NCBI GenBank assembly: GCA_945875225.1
Contig: CAMCJY010000001.1
Span: 1-49,326, forward strand
Reading direction: 5' to 3'
Length of the DNA: 49,326 nucleotides
From: Comamonas sp. lk
GTDB taxonomy: Bacteria; Pseudomonadota; Gammaproteobacteria; Burkholderiales; Burkholderiaceae_C
The translations under genes were made by a program, and so were the position numbers. Of the stretch, positions 17,874 to 30,065 are shown in pieces. The notes under the pieces are model-generated. The model was not told where the DNA came from, did not search any database, and worked only from the letters and a program-made list of their open reading frames with translations. The first letter of the stretch is position 1. Each line of letters starts with the position of its first letter.

Positions 17874-19612
17874 GCCGCAGCATCCGTTACACCGCCAGCC
17901 CCTTGCTGACCAGCCGTACGCCGGTATGGCGCAGCAAGTTGGTGGTATCGGCGCTGGCGCTGGGCTTTGTGGGCCTGGGGGCGCGCGCCGCCTACATCCA
18001 GGTGTTTAACAACGACTTTTTCCAACGCCAGGGCGAAGTACGCTACAGCCGTACCCTGGAACTTCCGGCCAACCGGGGCCGCATCCTGGACCGCAACGGC
18101 TTGATACTGGCTTCCAGTGTCCCGTCGCCCAGCATCTGGGCGATACCGGAAGATGTGGAGTTAGATGAGGTCCAACGGGCTAATCTGGCCAAGCTGCTGG
18201 AGCTGCCGCTGGCCGAACTGAACAAAAAATTGGCCGACGAAGACAAAGGCTTTGTCTGGCTCAAACGCCATGTCGAGCCGGAAAGGGCCAAACAAATCGC
18301 CCAAGCCGGTTTCAAAGGCATCCACCAGCGCACCGAATTCAAAAGGCAATACCCCGAAGGCGAAGCCGCCGCGCATGTGGTCGGCTTTACCAATGTGGAA
18401 GACAAGGGGCAAGAAGGCATTGAACTGCTCTACAACAGCACCTTGCTGGGTCGCGCCGGCTCGCGCCATGTGATCAAAGACCGCTTGGGCCAGTCGGTCG
18501 AGCAAGTGGGCGAAAGCGTGCCGCCGGTGGCCGGCAAAGATGTGCAACTGAGCATAGACACCAAGGTGCAGTTTTTTGCCTACCAAAAATTGCGCGACGC
18601 GGTGCTGAACAACCGGGCCCAAGCGGGCAGTGTTGTGGTCTTGGATGCCAATACCGGCGAAGTGCTGGCCCTGGCCAACTACCCTAGCTATAACCCGGAA
18701 AAGCGCCTCAACCTCAACGGCTCGCAACTGCGTAACCGGGCCCTGACAGACACCTTTGAGCCCGGCTCGGTGATGAAGCCTTTCACCATCGGCCTGGCCC
18801 TGGACACCGGGCGTGTCAAAACCTCGACCATCATCGACACCGCGCCCGGTTCGGTGACGATAACCGGTGCCACTATCCGCGATTCGCATCCCCATGGTGC
18901 CTTGAGCGTAGAGCAAGTGATTCAGGTGTCCAGCAATGTGGGCACCACCAAAATCGCGATGCAAATGCCAGCCAGCGAAATGTGGGAAACCTTCTCCGGC
19001 GCGGGCTTTGGCCAAAAGCCGCAAATCGAATTCCCCGGCGCAGTGCCGGGCAAGCTGCGCCCCTACAAAACATGGCGCCCGATTGAGCAGGCCACGGCCT
19101 CCTATGGCTATGGTTTGTCGGCCTCTTTGTTCCAGATGGTGCGCTCTTACACGGTGTTCTCGCATGAGGGGCAAATCATCCGCGCCACCTTGCTCAAAAA
19201 CGATGAGCCAGCCGTTGGCATCCCCGTGTTTTCCAGTGATACCGCCGCCAAAGTGCGCAAGATGCTGCAAATGGCCGCGGGGCCCGGCGGCACCGGCCAG
19301 AAGGCGCAGACCGCTGGGTATTCGGTGGGCGGCAAATCGGGCACGGCCTACAAGCAAATCGGCAAAGGCTATGGCAGCGAGGGCAACCGCAAATACCGCA
19401 GCTGGTTTGTCGGCATGGCGCCGGTTGACAAGCCGCGCATCATTGTCGGCGTCATGCTCGATGAGCCTAGTGCAGGCAAATACTACGGGGGCGAAGTGGC
19501 CGCGCCGGTGTTCAGCGAGACGGTGCAGCAAACCCTGCGCGTCATGGGTGTGCAACCGGATATCAGCATCCGTCCGCAAATCGTGGCCAACGCGGTAGAA
19601 GAAAGCTTTTGA
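17870..19612 (+). CDS. ftsI: Penicillin-binding protein 3
   Basis: RGRILDRNG, SVMK, SSN and KSGT motifs. Confidence 0.96.
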   Translation: MSRSIRYTASPLLTSRTPVWRSKLVVSALALGFVGLGARAAYIQVFNNDFFQRQGEVRYSRTLELPANRGRILDRNGLILASSVPSPSIWAIPEDVELDEVQRANLAKLLELPLAELNKKLADEDKGFVWLKRHVEPERAKQIAQAGFKGIHQRTEFKRQYPEGEAAAHVVGFTNVEDKGQEGIELLYNSTLLGRAGSRHVIKDRLGQSVEQVGESVPPVAGKDVQLSIDTKVQFFAYQKLRDAVLNNRAQAGSVVVLDANTGEVLALANYPSYNPEKRLNLNGSQLRNRALTDTFEPGSVMKPFTIGLALDTGRVKTSTIIDTAPGSVTITGATIRDSHPHGALSVEQVIQVSSNVGTTKIAMQMPASEMWETFSGAGFGQKPQIEFPGAVPGKLRPYKTWRPIEQATASYGYGLSASLFQMVRSYTVFSHEGQIIRATLLKNDEPAVGIPVFSSDTAAKVRKMLQMAAGPGGTGQKAQTAGYSVGGKSGTAYKQIGKGYGSEGNRKYRSWFVGMAPVDKPRIIVGVMLDEPSAGKYYGGEVAAPVFSETVQQTLRVMGVQPDISIRPQIVANAVEESF

Positions 19613-21129
19613 TGCAAGCGCAATTGCACACTCCCCAACAAGCAGCGGCCTGGCTGCGTGAACGGGTGACCGGCCAATTACAAACCGACCACCGCAAGCT
19701 GCACGCCGGCGATGGTTTTATCGCCATGCCCGGCCTGTCAGTCGATGCACGGCAATTCGTACCGCAGGCACTGCACGACGGCGCCGCTGCCTGCCTGGTC
19801 GATGCCCAGGATGCGGCACAGTGGAGTCTGGGGGATGCGCGCGTCGCGCCCTATGTCACGCTCAAAAGCGACTGCGCGCAAATTGCCGCCGCTTTTTATG
19901 AGCACCCCTCGCGCAGCGTGCAAGTGCTGGCAATTACCGGCACCAATGGCAAAACCTCCAGCGCCTGGTGGCTGGCCCAAGCGCTCAATACCATGGGCAC
20001 CCAACCAGTGTGCGCACTGATAGGCACGCTGGGTATCGGCATAGCCCCTGCAAACCCGGCCAAGCCCAGTGCGCTGAGTTCGAGTGGACTGACCACGCCG
20101 GACAGCGTGCTGCTGCAACACAGCTTGCGCAGCTTTGTGGACCAGGGCTTGGACTATTGCGCCTTGGAAGCGTCCTCCATCGGCATCGAAGAGGGCCGCT
20201 TAGACGGCACGCGCGTACGGCTTGCGTTGTTCACCAATTTCACCCAGGACCATCTGGACTACCACGGCACGATGCAAGCCTACTGGGCTGCCAAACGGCG
20301 CCTGTTCGCCTGGCCCGGTCTGCAAGCAGCGGTGCTCAATATCGACGACGATCAGGGCGCGGCATTGGCGAGCGAACTGGCCGCGCAAGCGCCGGAAATC
20401 GATTTATGGACCGTGTCCACCCATTTGGCAGCGCGCTTGCAAGCGCGCGATATCCAGCAAGGTCCGCTGGGCTTGCAATTTGCCGTCGTGGAAGGCACGC
20501 AGCGCTGCCTGTTGCGCACCCGCATCATCGGCGGCTACAACGTTGCTAACTTGCTGGGCGTGATAGCCAGCCTGCGCGCGCTGGGCATAGACCTGTCCAC
20601 TGCGGTGCAGGCCTGCGGCAACTTGCCGCCGGTGCCAGGCCGCTTGCAATGCCTGGGTGGGCAGGACGCACCACTGGCAGTGGTGGACTATGCGCATACG
20701 CCGGACGCTTTGCAAAAAACCTTGGAAGCGTTGCGCCCGGTGGCCCAGCAGCGCGGTGGCGCGCTATGGTGTGTGTTTGGTTGCGGCGGCGACCGCGACC
20801 GCGCCAAGCGTCCACTCATGGGCGCTATCGCCGCGAGCAAGGCGGACCACATTGTGCTGACCAGCGACAACCCGCGCATGGAAAACCCTGCCAACATCAT
20901 CAGCCACATCCTGGCCGGCATGGGCGGCCAGCCACACATCCAAGTGCAAGCTGACCGCGCCCTGGCGATTGCCCAGTCGCTAACGCAAGCGGGCGCTAGC
21001 GACGTGGTACTGATCGCGGGCAAAGGCCATGAAGCGGCGCAGGAAGTGGCCGGACAAAAATTCATTTTTTCCGATGTCGACCATGCCGATATCGCCCTGG
21101 CCCTACGGGCGCAATTGGCTGCCGCATGA
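19612..21129 (+). CDS. murE: UDP-MurNAc-dipeptide:meso-DAP ligase
   Basis: TGTNGKT, DHLDYH, DYAHTPD, DNPR (DAP-specific), AGKGHE. Confidence 0.96.
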   Translation: MQAQLHTPQQAAAWLRERVTGQLQTDHRKLHAGDGFIAMPGLSVDARQFVPQALHDGAAACLVDAQDAAQWSLGDARVAPYVTLKSDCAQIAAAFYEHPSRSVQVLAITGTNGKTSSAWWLAQALNTMGTQPVCALIGTLGIGIAPANPAKPSALSSSGLTTPDSVLLQHSLRSFVDQGLDYCALEASSIGIEEGRLDGTRVRLALFTNFTQDHLDYHGTMQAYWAAKRRLFAWPGLQAAVLNIDDDQGAALASELAAQAPEIDLWTVSTHLAARLQARDIQQGPLGLQFAVVEGTQRCLLRTRIIGGYNVANLLGVIASLRALGIDLSTAVQACGNLPPVPGRLQCLGGQDAPLAVVDYAHTPDALQKTLEALRPVAQQRGGALWCVFGCGGDRDRAKRPLMGAIAASKADHIVLTSDNPRMENPANIISHILAGMGGQPHIQVQADRALAIAQSLTQAGASDVVLIAGKGHEAAQEVAGQKFIFSDVDHADIALALRAQLAAA

Positions 21130-22604
21130 GCGCCGTACTGATGAATCTGGGCCAGGTACAGCAATGGCTGCAGACAGCAAGCACCCACTTGCCGGTCACG
21201 CTGCACGGCGCACCCGATACCGGCATCCTGCGCGTGCACACCGACAGCCGCAGCCTGGAACCTGGCGATTTGTTTGTCGCGCTGCGCGGTGATACCTACG
21301 ACGCGAATAACTTTTTACACCAGGCCAAGGAACGCGGTGCCAGCGCCCTGCTTTGCCACAGCGGTTTGTCCGCCAGCCAGTACCCGCAAGGTCTGCCGCG
21401 CATTGAGGTGGCAGAAAGCACGCAATCCTTAGGCCAACTGGCACAGGCCTGGCGCGCACAATTTTCCTTGCCCCTGATCGCCGTGACCGGCAGCAATGGC
21501 AAGACCACGGTCACGCAAATGATCGCCGCCATCTTGCAGCAGCACGTACCCGATGGCGCGGCGCTGGCCACGCAAGGTAATTTGAATAACGCGATTGGGG
21601 TGCCCTTGACCTTGCTGCGCCTGCGCGCCAAGCACCGGATCGCCGTGGTGGAATTGGGCATGAACCATCCGGGCGAAATCGCCCAACTCGCCGCCATGGC
21701 CCAGCCCACGGTGGCCCTGGTGAATAACGCGCAGCGCGAGCATCTGGAATTCCTGCACACCGTCGATGCGGTAGCCGCCGAAAACGGTGCAGTGCTGCAA
21801 GCGCTGCCCGCGAGCGGCTGCGCTGTATTTGGGCTGGACGATAGCTATACCAGCCAGTGGGAAGCGCAAAACAAGGCCAAGCATCTGCTGGGTTTTGCCG
21901 CAGCAGCGGTGGCAGAACACGACGCTGTCTATGGCGAACAAGCCTTGTGGCAAGACGGCGGCTGGGCGGTACGCGCGCGCTGGCGCCAAGGCGCCTCCAG
22001 CGGGGTTTTGCACTACCGCTTGGATATCGCAGGTAAGCACAATGTACGCAACTCCTGGGCAGCGGCTGCCTGCGCCTTGGCCGCCGGCGTCAGCCCAGCA
22101 GCTGTCGAGCGCGGTTTGCAAGCTTTCGTAGCGGTCAAGGGCCGCTCGCGTGCACTCAGCCTGGTCTGGGGCGGGCGCCGCATCAGCCTGGTCGATGACA
22201 GCTACAACGCCAACCCCGACTCGGTGCAGGCTGCTATCGATGTGCTGCGCGAGCTGCCCGCGCCGCGCCTGTTGGTACTGGGCGATATGGGTGAGGTCGG
22301 CGACCAGGGCCCGCAACTGCACGCGCAAGCCGGCCGCTACGCGCACAGTCAGGGCATCGAACACCTGCTAGCCACAGGAAGCTTGAGCCAAGCTAGCGTC
22401 CAAGCCTTTGTTCAGGCCGGTGGGCAGGCGCATCATTGTCTCGATACAACCGCTTTGACGCACGCAGTAGCCCAGGCATTGGCGCACAGTGCCAGCGTGC
22501 TGGTCAAAGGTTCGCGCTTTATGCGCATGGAAAAAATCATAGAAGCCTTGCAGGACAGGGCCACCACCCAACATACGCCAGTGGAGTCTGACCATGCAGC
22601 CTGA
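21126..22604 (+). CDS. murF: UDP-MurNAc-tripeptide:D-Ala-D-Ala ligase
   Basis: TGSNGKTT, ELGMNHPGEI, DDSYNANP, LVKGSR. Confidence 0.96.
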   Translation: MSAVLMNLGQVQQWLQTASTHLPVTLHGAPDTGILRVHTDSRSLEPGDLFVALRGDTYDANNFLHQAKERGASALLCHSGLSASQYPQGLPRIEVAESTQSLGQLAQAWRAQFSLPLIAVTGSNGKTTVTQMIAAILQQHVPDGAALATQGNLNNAIGVPLTLLRLRAKHRIAVVELGMNHPGEIAQLAAMAQPTVALVNNAQREHLEFLHTVDAVAAENGAVLQALPASGCAVFGLDDSYTSQWEAQNKAKHLLGFAAAAVAEHDAVYGEQALWQDGGWAVRARWRQGASSGVLHYRLDIAGKHNVRNSWAAAACALAAGVSPAAVERGLQAFVAVKGRSRALSLVWGGRRISLVDDSYNANPDSVQAAIDVLRELPAPRLLVLGDMGEVGDQGPQLHAQAGRYAHSQGIEHLLATGSLSQASVQAFVQAGGQAHHCLDTTALTHAVAQALAHSASVLVKGSRFMRMEKIIEALQDRATTQHTPVESDHAA

Positions 22605-22625
22605 GTACTTGAAAGAGGCCAAAAC

Positions 22626-23804
22626 ATGCTGCTAAGCCTGACGCAATGGCTGCAAGGTCTTTACCCCGAGTGGGGTTTTCTGCGGGTGTTCCAGTACCTA
22701 ACATTGCGTGCTGTCATGGCCGCTGCCACGGCGCTGGTGATTGGCTTGGCCGCAGGTCCTGCGGTGATACGGCGTTTGCAGTCGCTCAAGATCGGTCAGC
22801 CCATCCGGGGCTACGGCATGGAGTCGCACTTGAGCAAAAGCGGCACCCCTACCATGGGTGGCGTGCTGATCTTGATTGCGATTGCCAGTTCGACTCTGTT
22901 GTGGGTGGACCTGTCCAACCGCTTCGTCTGGATTTGCCTGATCGTGACCCTGGGCTTTGGTGCGATCGGCTGGGCCGATGACTGGCGCAAAGTGGTCCAT
23001 AAAGACCCCGAAGGCATGCCCTCGGGCGAGAAATATATGTGGCAATCCATCATCGGGGTTGTGGCCGCCTTATGCCTGGTTTTCAGTATCTCGGAAAACT
23101 CCAATGGCCGGGTGCTGGAGTTGTTTGTCAACTGGGTTAGCTCCGGTTTTGACGTCAGCTTGCCACCCAAAGCGGGCCTGCTGCTGCCCTTTTTCAAGCA
23201 GGTGAGCTATCCGCTGGGCGTGCTGGGCTTTGTGGTGCTGACCTATCTGGTGATTGTGGGCTCGAGCAATGCGGTGAATTTGACCGATGGCCTAGACGGT
23301 CTGGCCATCATGCCGGTGGTGATGGTGGGCTCAGCGCTCGGTGTTTTTGCCTATGTCACCGGCAGTGTGATTTATTCCAAATACCTGTTCTTGCCGCATA
23401 TTCCGGGCGCCGGCGAATTGCTGATTTTCTGCGCGGCGATTGCCGGTGCTGGTCTGGCGTTTTTGTGGTTTAACACCCATCCGGCGCAAGTCTTTATGGG
23501 CGATGTGGGTGCGCTGGCCTTAGGGGCTGCGCTAGGCACCGTCGCCGTCATCGTGCGCCAAGAAATCGTACTGGCCATGATGGGCGGGGTATTCGTGGCA
23601 GAGGCCTTATCGGTGATGCTGCAAGTGCTGTACTTTAAGTACACCCGTAAAAAATATGGCGAAGGCCGCCGCTTCTTCCGTATGGCGCCTTTGCACCACC
23701 ATTTCGAAAAGCAGGGTTGGAAAGAAACGCAGGTCGTGGTGCGCTTCTGGATCATCACCATGCTGCTGTGCCTGCTCGGCCTGTCCACCCTGAAGCTGAG
23801 GTAA
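22626..23804 (+). CDS. mraY: Phospho-MurNAc-pentapeptide translocase
   Basis: [36 protein letters not shown]. Confidence 0.98.
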   Translation: MLLSLTQWLQGLYPEWGFLRVFQYLTLRAVMAAATALVIGLAAGPAVIRRLQSLKIGQPIRGYGMESHLSKSGTPTMGGVLILIAIASSTLLWVDLSNRFVWICLIVTLGFGAIGWADDWRKVVHKDPEGMPSGEKYMWQSIIGVVAALCLVFSISENSNGRVLELFVNWVSSGFDVSLPPKAGLLLPFFKQVSYPLGVLGFVVLTYLVIVGSSNAVNLTDGLDGLAIMPVVMVGSALGVFAYVTGSVIYSKYLFLPHIPGAGELLIFCAAIAGAGLAFLWFNTHPAQVFMGDVGALALGAALGTVAVIVRQEIVLAMMGGVFVAEALSVMLQVLYFKYTRKKYGEGRRFFRMAPLHHHFEKQGWKETQVVVRFWIITMLLCLLGLSTLKLR

Positions 23805-23808
23805 GCGC

Positions 23809-25326
23809 ATGAACATGCAAGGGCAACAGGTGTTAGTCGTCGGTCTGGGAGCTTCCGGCCTAGCGATGGCATGCTGGTGCGCGGGCCAAGGGGCGCAAAT
23901 CACCGTGCTGGACGACCGCGCCATGCCGCCGCACGCTGCGACCCTTGCACAGGACATTCCATCGGCACGCCTGTTGCACGGCGCACTCGATGCACAAGCC
24001 TTGGCGCACGGCCCCTTTGAGCGCATTTGCATCAGTCCCGGATTGGCGCCAAAGCGTATCAACGCCTTGGTCGATGCTGCCCGCGCCCAGGCCCTGTGGG
24101 TAGGCAGCGAGCTAGGCTTGTTTGCGCAAGCCTTGCGCGAACTGCAAGAAGCGCAGGCCTATCAGCCCCAGATCATCGCAATTACCGGCACCAACGGCAA
24201 AACCACCGTTACTTCACTGACCGGGCAATTGGTCGCTCGCGCCGGAAAGACGGTGGCCGTCGCCGGCAATATCGGCCCGACTTTGCTCGACACCCTGGCC
24301 CAGGCGCTGCAGGCGCAGGCCTTGCCGCAGGTATGGGTGCTGGAGTTATCCAGCTTTCAACTGCACTATGCCCAGGACTTTGAGCCCACGGTGGCCACCG
24401 TGCTCAACCTCAGCCAGGACCATCTGGATTGGCATACCGATGTGCAAGACTATGCGCGCGCCAAGGCCCGCATCTTCGGTAGCAAGGCTTTAATGCTGCT
24501 CAACCGCGACGATGCGCAGGTCATGGCCATGCTGCCCGAGCCGCTGCGGGTGAAATTGCAAAAGCCGGTGCAACGCGCCCATGTGTGCTTTAGCGCGCAG
24601 ACGCCAACCCACGCCGGCGACTACGGCCTGGAAGAAGTCAATGGGGTGGTCTGGCTGGTACGGGCGGTGCCTGCGGATGGAACGCTCAAGCGCGGGCGCA
24701 ACGCGCCCGTCGAAGACTTATTTTTGCAACACCTGATGCCGGCCGATGCGCTGCGTATCCGCGGCCGGCATAACGCCTGCAATGCCTTGGCCGCTATCGC
24801 ACTGGCCAGCGCCACCGGCTGCGCGCTCGGGCCTATGTTGTTCGGACTGCGTGAATACCGCGGCGAGCCGCACCGCGTCCAATCGCTGGGCGTGGTGGGC
24901 GCGGTCGAATACTTTGACGACAGCAAAGGCACCAATGTCGGCGCCACCGTAGCCGCCTTAGAGGGCCTGGGCCAGGACCGCGCACTGTTTGTGATTTTGG
25001 GCGGCGAAGGCAAAGGGCAAGATTTTTCGCCCTTGGCAGTGCCGGTGCGCGCGTATGTGCGCGCCGTGCTGCTGATAGGCCGCGATGCCGGACTCATCCG
25101 CCAAGCTTTGGAGGGCACCGGTGTCCGCTTGCGCGATGCTGCGTCGATGGACGACGCGGTGCAACAGGCCGCGGCCTTGGCGCAGCCAGGCGATGCGGTG
25201 CTGATGTCACCGGCTTGCGCCAGCTTTGATATGTTCCAAGACTATGCGCACCGGGCAGCCGTGTTTGCGCAAGCCGTGCAGTCACTGGCACTGGCGCAAG
25301 GGCAGATGCTGGAGGCAGCGCTATGA
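23809..25326 (+). CDS. murD: UDP-MurNAc-L-Ala:D-Glu ligase
   Basis: [36 protein letters not shown]. Confidence 0.96.
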   Translation: MNMQGQQVLVVGLGASGLAMACWCAGQGAQITVLDDRAMPPHAATLAQDIPSARLLHGALDAQALAHGPFERICISPGLAPKRINALVDAARAQALWVGSELGLFAQALRELQEAQAYQPQIIAITGTNGKTTVTSLTGQLVARAGKTVAVAGNIGPTLLDTLAQALQAQALPQVWVLELSSFQLHYAQDFEPTVATVLNLSQDHLDWHTDVQDYARAKARIFGSKALMLLNRDDAQVMAMLPEPLRVKLQKPVQRAHVCFSAQTPTHAGDYGLEEVNGVVWLVRAVPADGTLKRGRNAPVEDLFLQHLMPADALRIRGRHNACNALAAIALASATGCALGPMLFGLREYRGEPHRVQSLGVVGAVEYFDDSKGTNVGATVAALEGLGQDRALFVILGGEGKGQDFSPLAVPVRAYVRAVLLIGRDAGLIRQALEGTGVRLRDAASMDDAVQQAAALAQPGDAVLMSPACASFDMFQDYAHRAAVFAQAVQSLALAQGQMLEAAL

Positions 25327-26579
25327 GTATTACCGCTAACCTGTGGAGCCGTTGGGGTCTGGGCAAATCCGCCCAAGAGAGCGAGGCATTGCCGGTGCGA
25401 CTGGGCCGTCGCGCCAACTACGCAAATACGCAAAGCAGCAGCCGCGTGAGCAGCCTAGACCATGCCTTGATCGCCGTGGTTTCTACGCTGTTGGTGTGGG
25501 GCGCCATCATGGTGTATTCGGCCACCATCGCCATGCCCGACAACCCCAAGTTTGCCGGCTACACGCACAATTATTTTCTGCTGCGCCACCTGGCCTCGAT
25601 TGCCGTGGGCCTGCTCGCCTGCTGGATTGCCTTCCAGTTGCCAGTACAAACCTGGGAAAGGCTGGCGCCCCTCTTGTTCATGGCATCCTTGGTTTTGCTG
25701 GTGGCAGTGCTGATTCCGTATATCGGCAAAGGCGTGAACGGCGCAAGGCGCTGGATATCGCTTGGCATTACGAATTTTCAGCCCTCGGAACTGGCCAAGT
25801 TTTCTGCCGTGGTCTATGCCTCGGGCTATATGGTGCGCAAGATGGAAGTCAAAGAAGACTTTCTGCGCGCGGTCTGGCCTATGGCCGCTGCTGTAGGGGT
25901 GATGGGTGTTTTATTGTTGGCTGAGCCGGACATGGGCGCCTTCCTGGTGATCGCCGTCATTGCCATGGGCATCTTGTTTTTGGGTGGTGTTAACGCAAGC
26001 ATGTTCTTCCTGATCTCGGGCGTGCTGCTGGCAGCTTTTGCGCTGATGATTGCCTTTAACGACTACCGCCGCGCGCGCATATTTGCCTACCTAGACCCGT
26101 GGAGTGAGCACAACGCGCTAGCCAAGGGCTATCAGCTAACGCACTCGCTTATCGCGCTGGGGCGCGGCGAGGTGTTCGGCGTGGGCTTGGGCGGCAGTGT
26201 GGAAAAGCTGCATTGGCTGCCCGAAGCGCATACCGATTTTCTGGTGGCCGTGATCGGCGAAGAGTTTGGTCTGGTTGGTGTGCTGGCGCTGATTATTTTG
26301 TTTCTGTGGATGACGCGGCGCATTATTCATATTGGCCGCCAGGCCGTAGCGCTGGAGCGGGTGTTTGCCGGCCTGGTGGCCCAAGGCGTGGGCATCTGGA
26401 TGGGCTTTCAGGGCTTTATCAATATGGGCGTGAACCTCGGCGCGCTGCCCACCAAGGGTCTGACGCTACCACTCATGAGCTATGGCGGCTCGGCGATTTT
26501 GGTCAATTTAGTGGCGCTGGCTTTGGTGCTGCGCATTGACTATGAAAACCGCAAGCTGATGCAAGGGGTGCCGGCATGA
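25323..26579 (+). CDS. ftsW: SEDS peptidoglycan polymerase FtsW
   Basis: [35 protein letters not shown]. Confidence 0.97.
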   Translation: MSITANLWSRWGLGKSAQESEALPVRLGRRANYANTQSSSRVSSLDHALIAVVSTLLVWGAIMVYSATIAMPDNPKFAGYTHNYFLLRHLASIAVGLLACWIAFQLPVQTWERLAPLLFMASLVLLVAVLIPYIGKGVNGARRWISLGITNFQPSELAKFSAVVYASGYMVRKMEVKEDFLRAVWPMAAAVGVMGVLLLAEPDMGAFLVIAVIAMGILFLGGVNASMFFLISGVLLAAFALMIAFNDYRRARIFAYLDPWSEHNALAKGYQLTHSLIALGRGEVFGVGLGGSVEKLHWLPEAHTDFLVAVIGEEFGLVGVLALIILFLWMTRRIIHIGRQAVALERVFAGLVAQGVGIWMGFQGFINMGVNLGALPTKGLTLPLMSYGGSAILVNLVALALVLRIDYENRKLMQGVPA

Positions 26580-27658
26580 TGGCCACGAACGCAGCACGCA
26601 CCCCCTGCGCCTTGGTGATGGCCGGAGGTACGGGCGGGCACATCTTTCCTGGCCTGGCGATTGCGCAAGCCTTGCGCGACAAGGGCTGGCGTGTGCATTG
26701 GCTGGGCGCACCGAACAGCATGGAAAGCCGCCTAGTGCCGCCGCGCGGTTTTGCACTGGAAACCATTGCATTTTCCGGCGTGCGCGGCAAAGGCACTAGC
26801 AACCTACTGTGGCTGCCACTGCGCCTGCTGCGCGCCTGCTGGCAAAGCCTGGCGGTACTGGGCCGGGTGCAGCCCGATGTGGTGCTGGGATTTGGCGGCT
26901 ACATCAGCCTGCCCGGCGGTTTAATGAGCGCGCTCAAGCGCATACCGCTGCTGGTACACGAGCAAAACTCGGTAGCCGGGGCTGCCAACAGAGTATTGGC
27001 TCGCGTGGCGCGCCGCGCATTTAGCGCCTTTCCCGCTGCGCTGGACGCAGCGCAGCATGTGGGCAACCCCTTGCGCGCCGAGTTTTTGGTTCAAGACGCG
27101 CCGGATCAGCGTTTTGCCGGTCGCAGCGGGCCCTTACAAATTCTGGTGCTGGGCGGCAGCCTGGGCGCCAGCGCGCTCAACCGCATCGTGCCGCAAGCCC
27201 TGGCTTTATTGCCCGCCGACCTGCGCCCGAGCGTTATCCACCAAAGTGGCGAGCAGCATATTGATGCGCTGCGCACCCACTACGCGCAAACCGGGGTGCA
27301 GGCCACGCTTGTTCCCTTTATAGACGACACGGCCAGCGCCATGGCACTGGCCGACCTGGTGATTTGCCGCGCAGGCGCGAGCACCGTGACCGAAATCGCG
27401 GCGGTAGGCGCCGCGGCTTTGTTCATCCCCTTCCCTGCGGCGGTGGACGACCACCAGACGCATAACGCCCGCTTTCTGGTGGACCAGGGCGCCGCGTGCC
27501 TGATGCCGCAGCACAGCTTGACGCCCGAGGGCCTGGCCCACTGGCTGCAAGCCTGCGATCGGGCCACTTTATTGCGCACTGCGCAAGCAGCTAAAGGCCT
27601 GCAAAACCTGGCTGCAACTACGGCCATGGTGCAGGCTTGTGAGGAGATCGTGGCATGA
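26576..27658 (+). CDS. murG: Lipid II GlcNAc transferase
   Basis: [30 protein letters not shown]. Confidence 0.97.
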   Translation: MMATNAARTPCALVMAGGTGGHIFPGLAIAQALRDKGWRVHWLGAPNSMESRLVPPRGFALETIAFSGVRGKGTSNLLWLPLRLLRACWQSLAVLGRVQPDVVLGFGGYISLPGGLMSALKRIPLLVHEQNSVAGAANRVLARVARRAFSAFPAALDAAQHVGNPLRAEFLVQDAPDQRFAGRSGPLQILVLGGSLGASALNRIVPQALALLPADLRPSVIHQSGEQHIDALRTHYAQTGVQATLVPFIDDTASAMALADLVICRAGASTVTEIAAVGAAALFIPFPAAVDDHQTHNARFLVDQGAACLMPQHSLTPEGLAHWLQACDRATLLRTAQAAKGLQNLAATTAMVQACEEIVA

Positions 27659-29079
27659 AACACGCGGTACGCCATATTCACTTTGTCGGCATCGGCGGCT
27701 CGGGTATGTCGGGCATTGCCGAGATCCTGCACAACCTGGGCTACCGCATCAGCGGCTCGGACCTGAGTGACAGCACCACCCTGCAACGTCTGGGCACTTT
27801 GGGTATCCGCACTTTTGTCGGTCACCATACCGAGCATGTGGCAGGTGCCGACGCAGTGGTGACCTCCACCGCCGTGCAAGCCACCAACCCCGAAGTGCTG
27901 CAAGCACGCGTGATGCATATCCCGGTGGTGCCACGCGCACTGATGCTGGCCGAACTGATGCGGCTTAAACAAGGTATTGCGATTGCCGGTACCCACGGCA
28001 AAACCACCACCACCAGCCTGGTGGCCAGCGTGCTGGCCGAAGCCGGCCTGGACCCGACTTTTGTCATCGGCGGGCGTCTGAACAGTGCCGGTGCCAATGC
28101 GCGCCTGGGTCAGGGCGAGTACATCGTGGTCGAGGCCGACGAGTCCGATGCCTCCTTCCTCAACCTGCTGCCGGTGATGGCCGTGGTGACGAATATCGAC
28201 GCCGACCATATGGAAACCTATGGACACGACTTTGGCCGCTTGCAGCAAGCCTTTGTCGATTTTCTGCACCGCATGCCGTTTTATGGCACCGCCGTGCTGT
28301 GCACCGATGACGCCGCAGTGCGCGCCATTGTGGACCAGGTGACCTGCCCGGTCACTAGCTATGGCATCAATGCCGAGGCCCAGGTACGCGCACTCGATAT
28401 CCGAGCGGTGCATGGTCAAATGCATTTCCGGGTGCAAAGGCGCAATGGCGTCACCTTGCCTGATCTGGACATTGTGCTCAACCTGCCTGGGCACCATAAC
28501 GTGCTCAACGCCCTATCGGCCATCGCGATTGCGGTGGAGCTCAACATCCCCGATGCGGCGGTGCAAAAAGCCTTACGCGAATTCAAGGGCGTGGCCAGGC
28601 GCTTTCAGCGCTACGGCGACCACGCCCTGCCCGGCGGCGGCGGCGTAACCGTGGTGGACGATTACGGCCACCATCCGGTGGAAATGGCGGCCACGCTGGA
28701 AGCGGCACGCGGTGCCTTCCCCGGTCGGCGACTCATACTGGCCTTCCAACCGCACCGCTTTACCCGCACCCGCGACTGCTTTGAGGACTTCGTCAAAGTC
28801 ATGGGCTTGGCCGATGTGGTGCTACTGGCCGAGGTGTATTCCGCGGGCGAGGCGCCTATCGTGGCCGCAGACAGCCGCGCCCTGGCCCGCGCCATGCGGG
28901 TGCGCGGCAATACCGACCCGGTGTTTGTGGATGCCATCGGCGAGATGGCCGCTACCGCTGTACGCAATGCACGGGATGGCGATGTGCTGCTCTGCATGGG
29001 CGCAGGCTCCATCAGCGCGGTACCCGGACAGATCGTGGCGCTCTTGCGCCAAAGCGCCACGCGGGAGGGCAGCCTATGA
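27655..29079 (+). CDS. murC: UDP-MurNAc:L-Ala ligase
   Basis: [34 protein letters not shown]. Confidence 0.98.
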   Translation: MKHAVRHIHFVGIGGSGMSGIAEILHNLGYRISGSDLSDSTTLQRLGTLGIRTFVGHHTEHVAGADAVVTSTAVQATNPEVLQARVMHIPVVPRALMLAELMRLKQGIAIAGTHGKTTTTSLVASVLAEAGLDPTFVIGGRLNSAGANARLGQGEYIVVEADESDASFLNLLPVMAVVTNIDADHMETYGHDFGRLQQAFVDFLHRMPFYGTAVLCTDDAAVRAIVDQVTCPVTSYGINAEAQVRALDIRAVHGQMHFRVQRRNGVTLPDLDIVLNLPGHHNVLNALSAIAIAVELNIPDAAVQKALREFKGVARRFQRYGDHALPGGGGVTVVDDYGHHPVEMAATLEAARGAFPGRRLILAFQPHRFTRTRDCFEDFVKVMGLADVVLLAEVYSAGEAPIVAADSRALARAMRVRGNTDPVFVDAIGEMAATAVRNARDGDVLLCMGAGSISAVPGQIVALLRQSATREGSL

Positions 29080-30065
29080 GCACGGCCACCCAATTACAGA
29101 CAAGCGCCATGGGCAAAGTCGCGGTGTTGATGGGCGGCAGCTCGGCAGAGCGGGAGATTTCTTTGCTTTCGGGCCAGGGCGTGCTGACGGCGCTGCAATC
29201 ACGCGGTATTGATGCACACGCGTTTGACCCGCAGCAGCGTTCCTTGTGGGAACTCAAAGAGCAAGCCTTTAGCCGTTGCTTTATCGCCCTGCATGGCCGC
29301 CATGGCGAAGACGGCACGGTGCAAGGTGCGCTGGAGTTGTTGGGTATTCCCTACACCGGCTCGGGCGTGATGGCATCTAGCATTTCCATAGACAAAGTCA
29401 TGACCAAGCGCGTTTGGATTGCCGAGGGAATCCCAACACCCAAATACATCGCGCTGCAGCAGGGGAGCTTTGATCGGCACCAGGTGATTGAGATTCCAGA
29501 CGCATTGGGCCTACCAGTAATCGTTAAGCCGGCGCGCGAAGGCTCATCTATTGGACTTAGCAAGGTTATAGGCTATTCCGGTATGGCCGCGGCGATCGAA
29601 CTGGCCGGAACACTCGATGCTGACATTCTTTGCGAGGAGTGCATCGAAGGCGATGAAGTTACTTGCCCGGTCATCGGTGAGGGTGCCAACGCGCATGCCT
29701 TGCCCGTGATACGTATCGTCGCGCCAGATGGAAATTACGACTACCAAAACAAGTACTTCACAGAAGATACACACTATTTCGTTCCATCGGGAATCCCCCA
29801 AGGCGAGGAAGAGGCCATTCAGGCACTGGCACTTAAGGCATATCGGGTTCTGGGCTGCCGGGGCTGGGGTCGGGCCGACGTAATGATCCGCGCCAGCGAC
29901 CGCAAACCGTTTTTACTGGAAATGAACACCTCCCCCGGCATGACCAGCCATTCGCTGGTGCCCATGTCTGCGCGCGCTGCCGGCATGTCTTATGAAGACC
30001 TGTGCCTGCAATTGCTGGCCAGCGCGGCGCTAGATGCGGACAGCACCAAGGGGAAGGCTGCATGA
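29076..30065 (+). CDS. ddlB: D-Ala-D-Ala ligase
   Basis: [39 protein letters not shown]. Confidence 0.96.
   Translation: MSTATQLQTSAMGKVAVLMGGSSAEREISLLSGQGVLTALQSRGIDAHAFDPQQRSLWELKEQAFSRCFIALHGRHGEDGTVQGALELLGIPYTGSGVMASSISIDKVMTKRVWIAEGIPTPKYIALQQGSFDRHQVIEIPDALGLPVIVKPAREGSSIGLSKVIGYSGMAAAIELAGTLDADILCEECIEGDEVTCPVIGEGANAHALPVIRIVAPDGNYDYQNKYFTEDTHYFVPSGIPQGEEEAIQALALKAYRVLGCRGWGRADVMIRASDRKPFLLEMNTSPGMTSHSLVPMSARAAGMSYEDLCLQLLASAALDADSTKGKAA

Noticed and set aside
18161-19579. 472-aa antisense ORF in ftsI (likewise 5480-6574, 14613-15926, 27280-28497, 31251-32147, 32449-33324, 45691-47250)
   Set aside because: Codon-aligned antisense shadows of conserved GC-biased genes; no motifs or RBS
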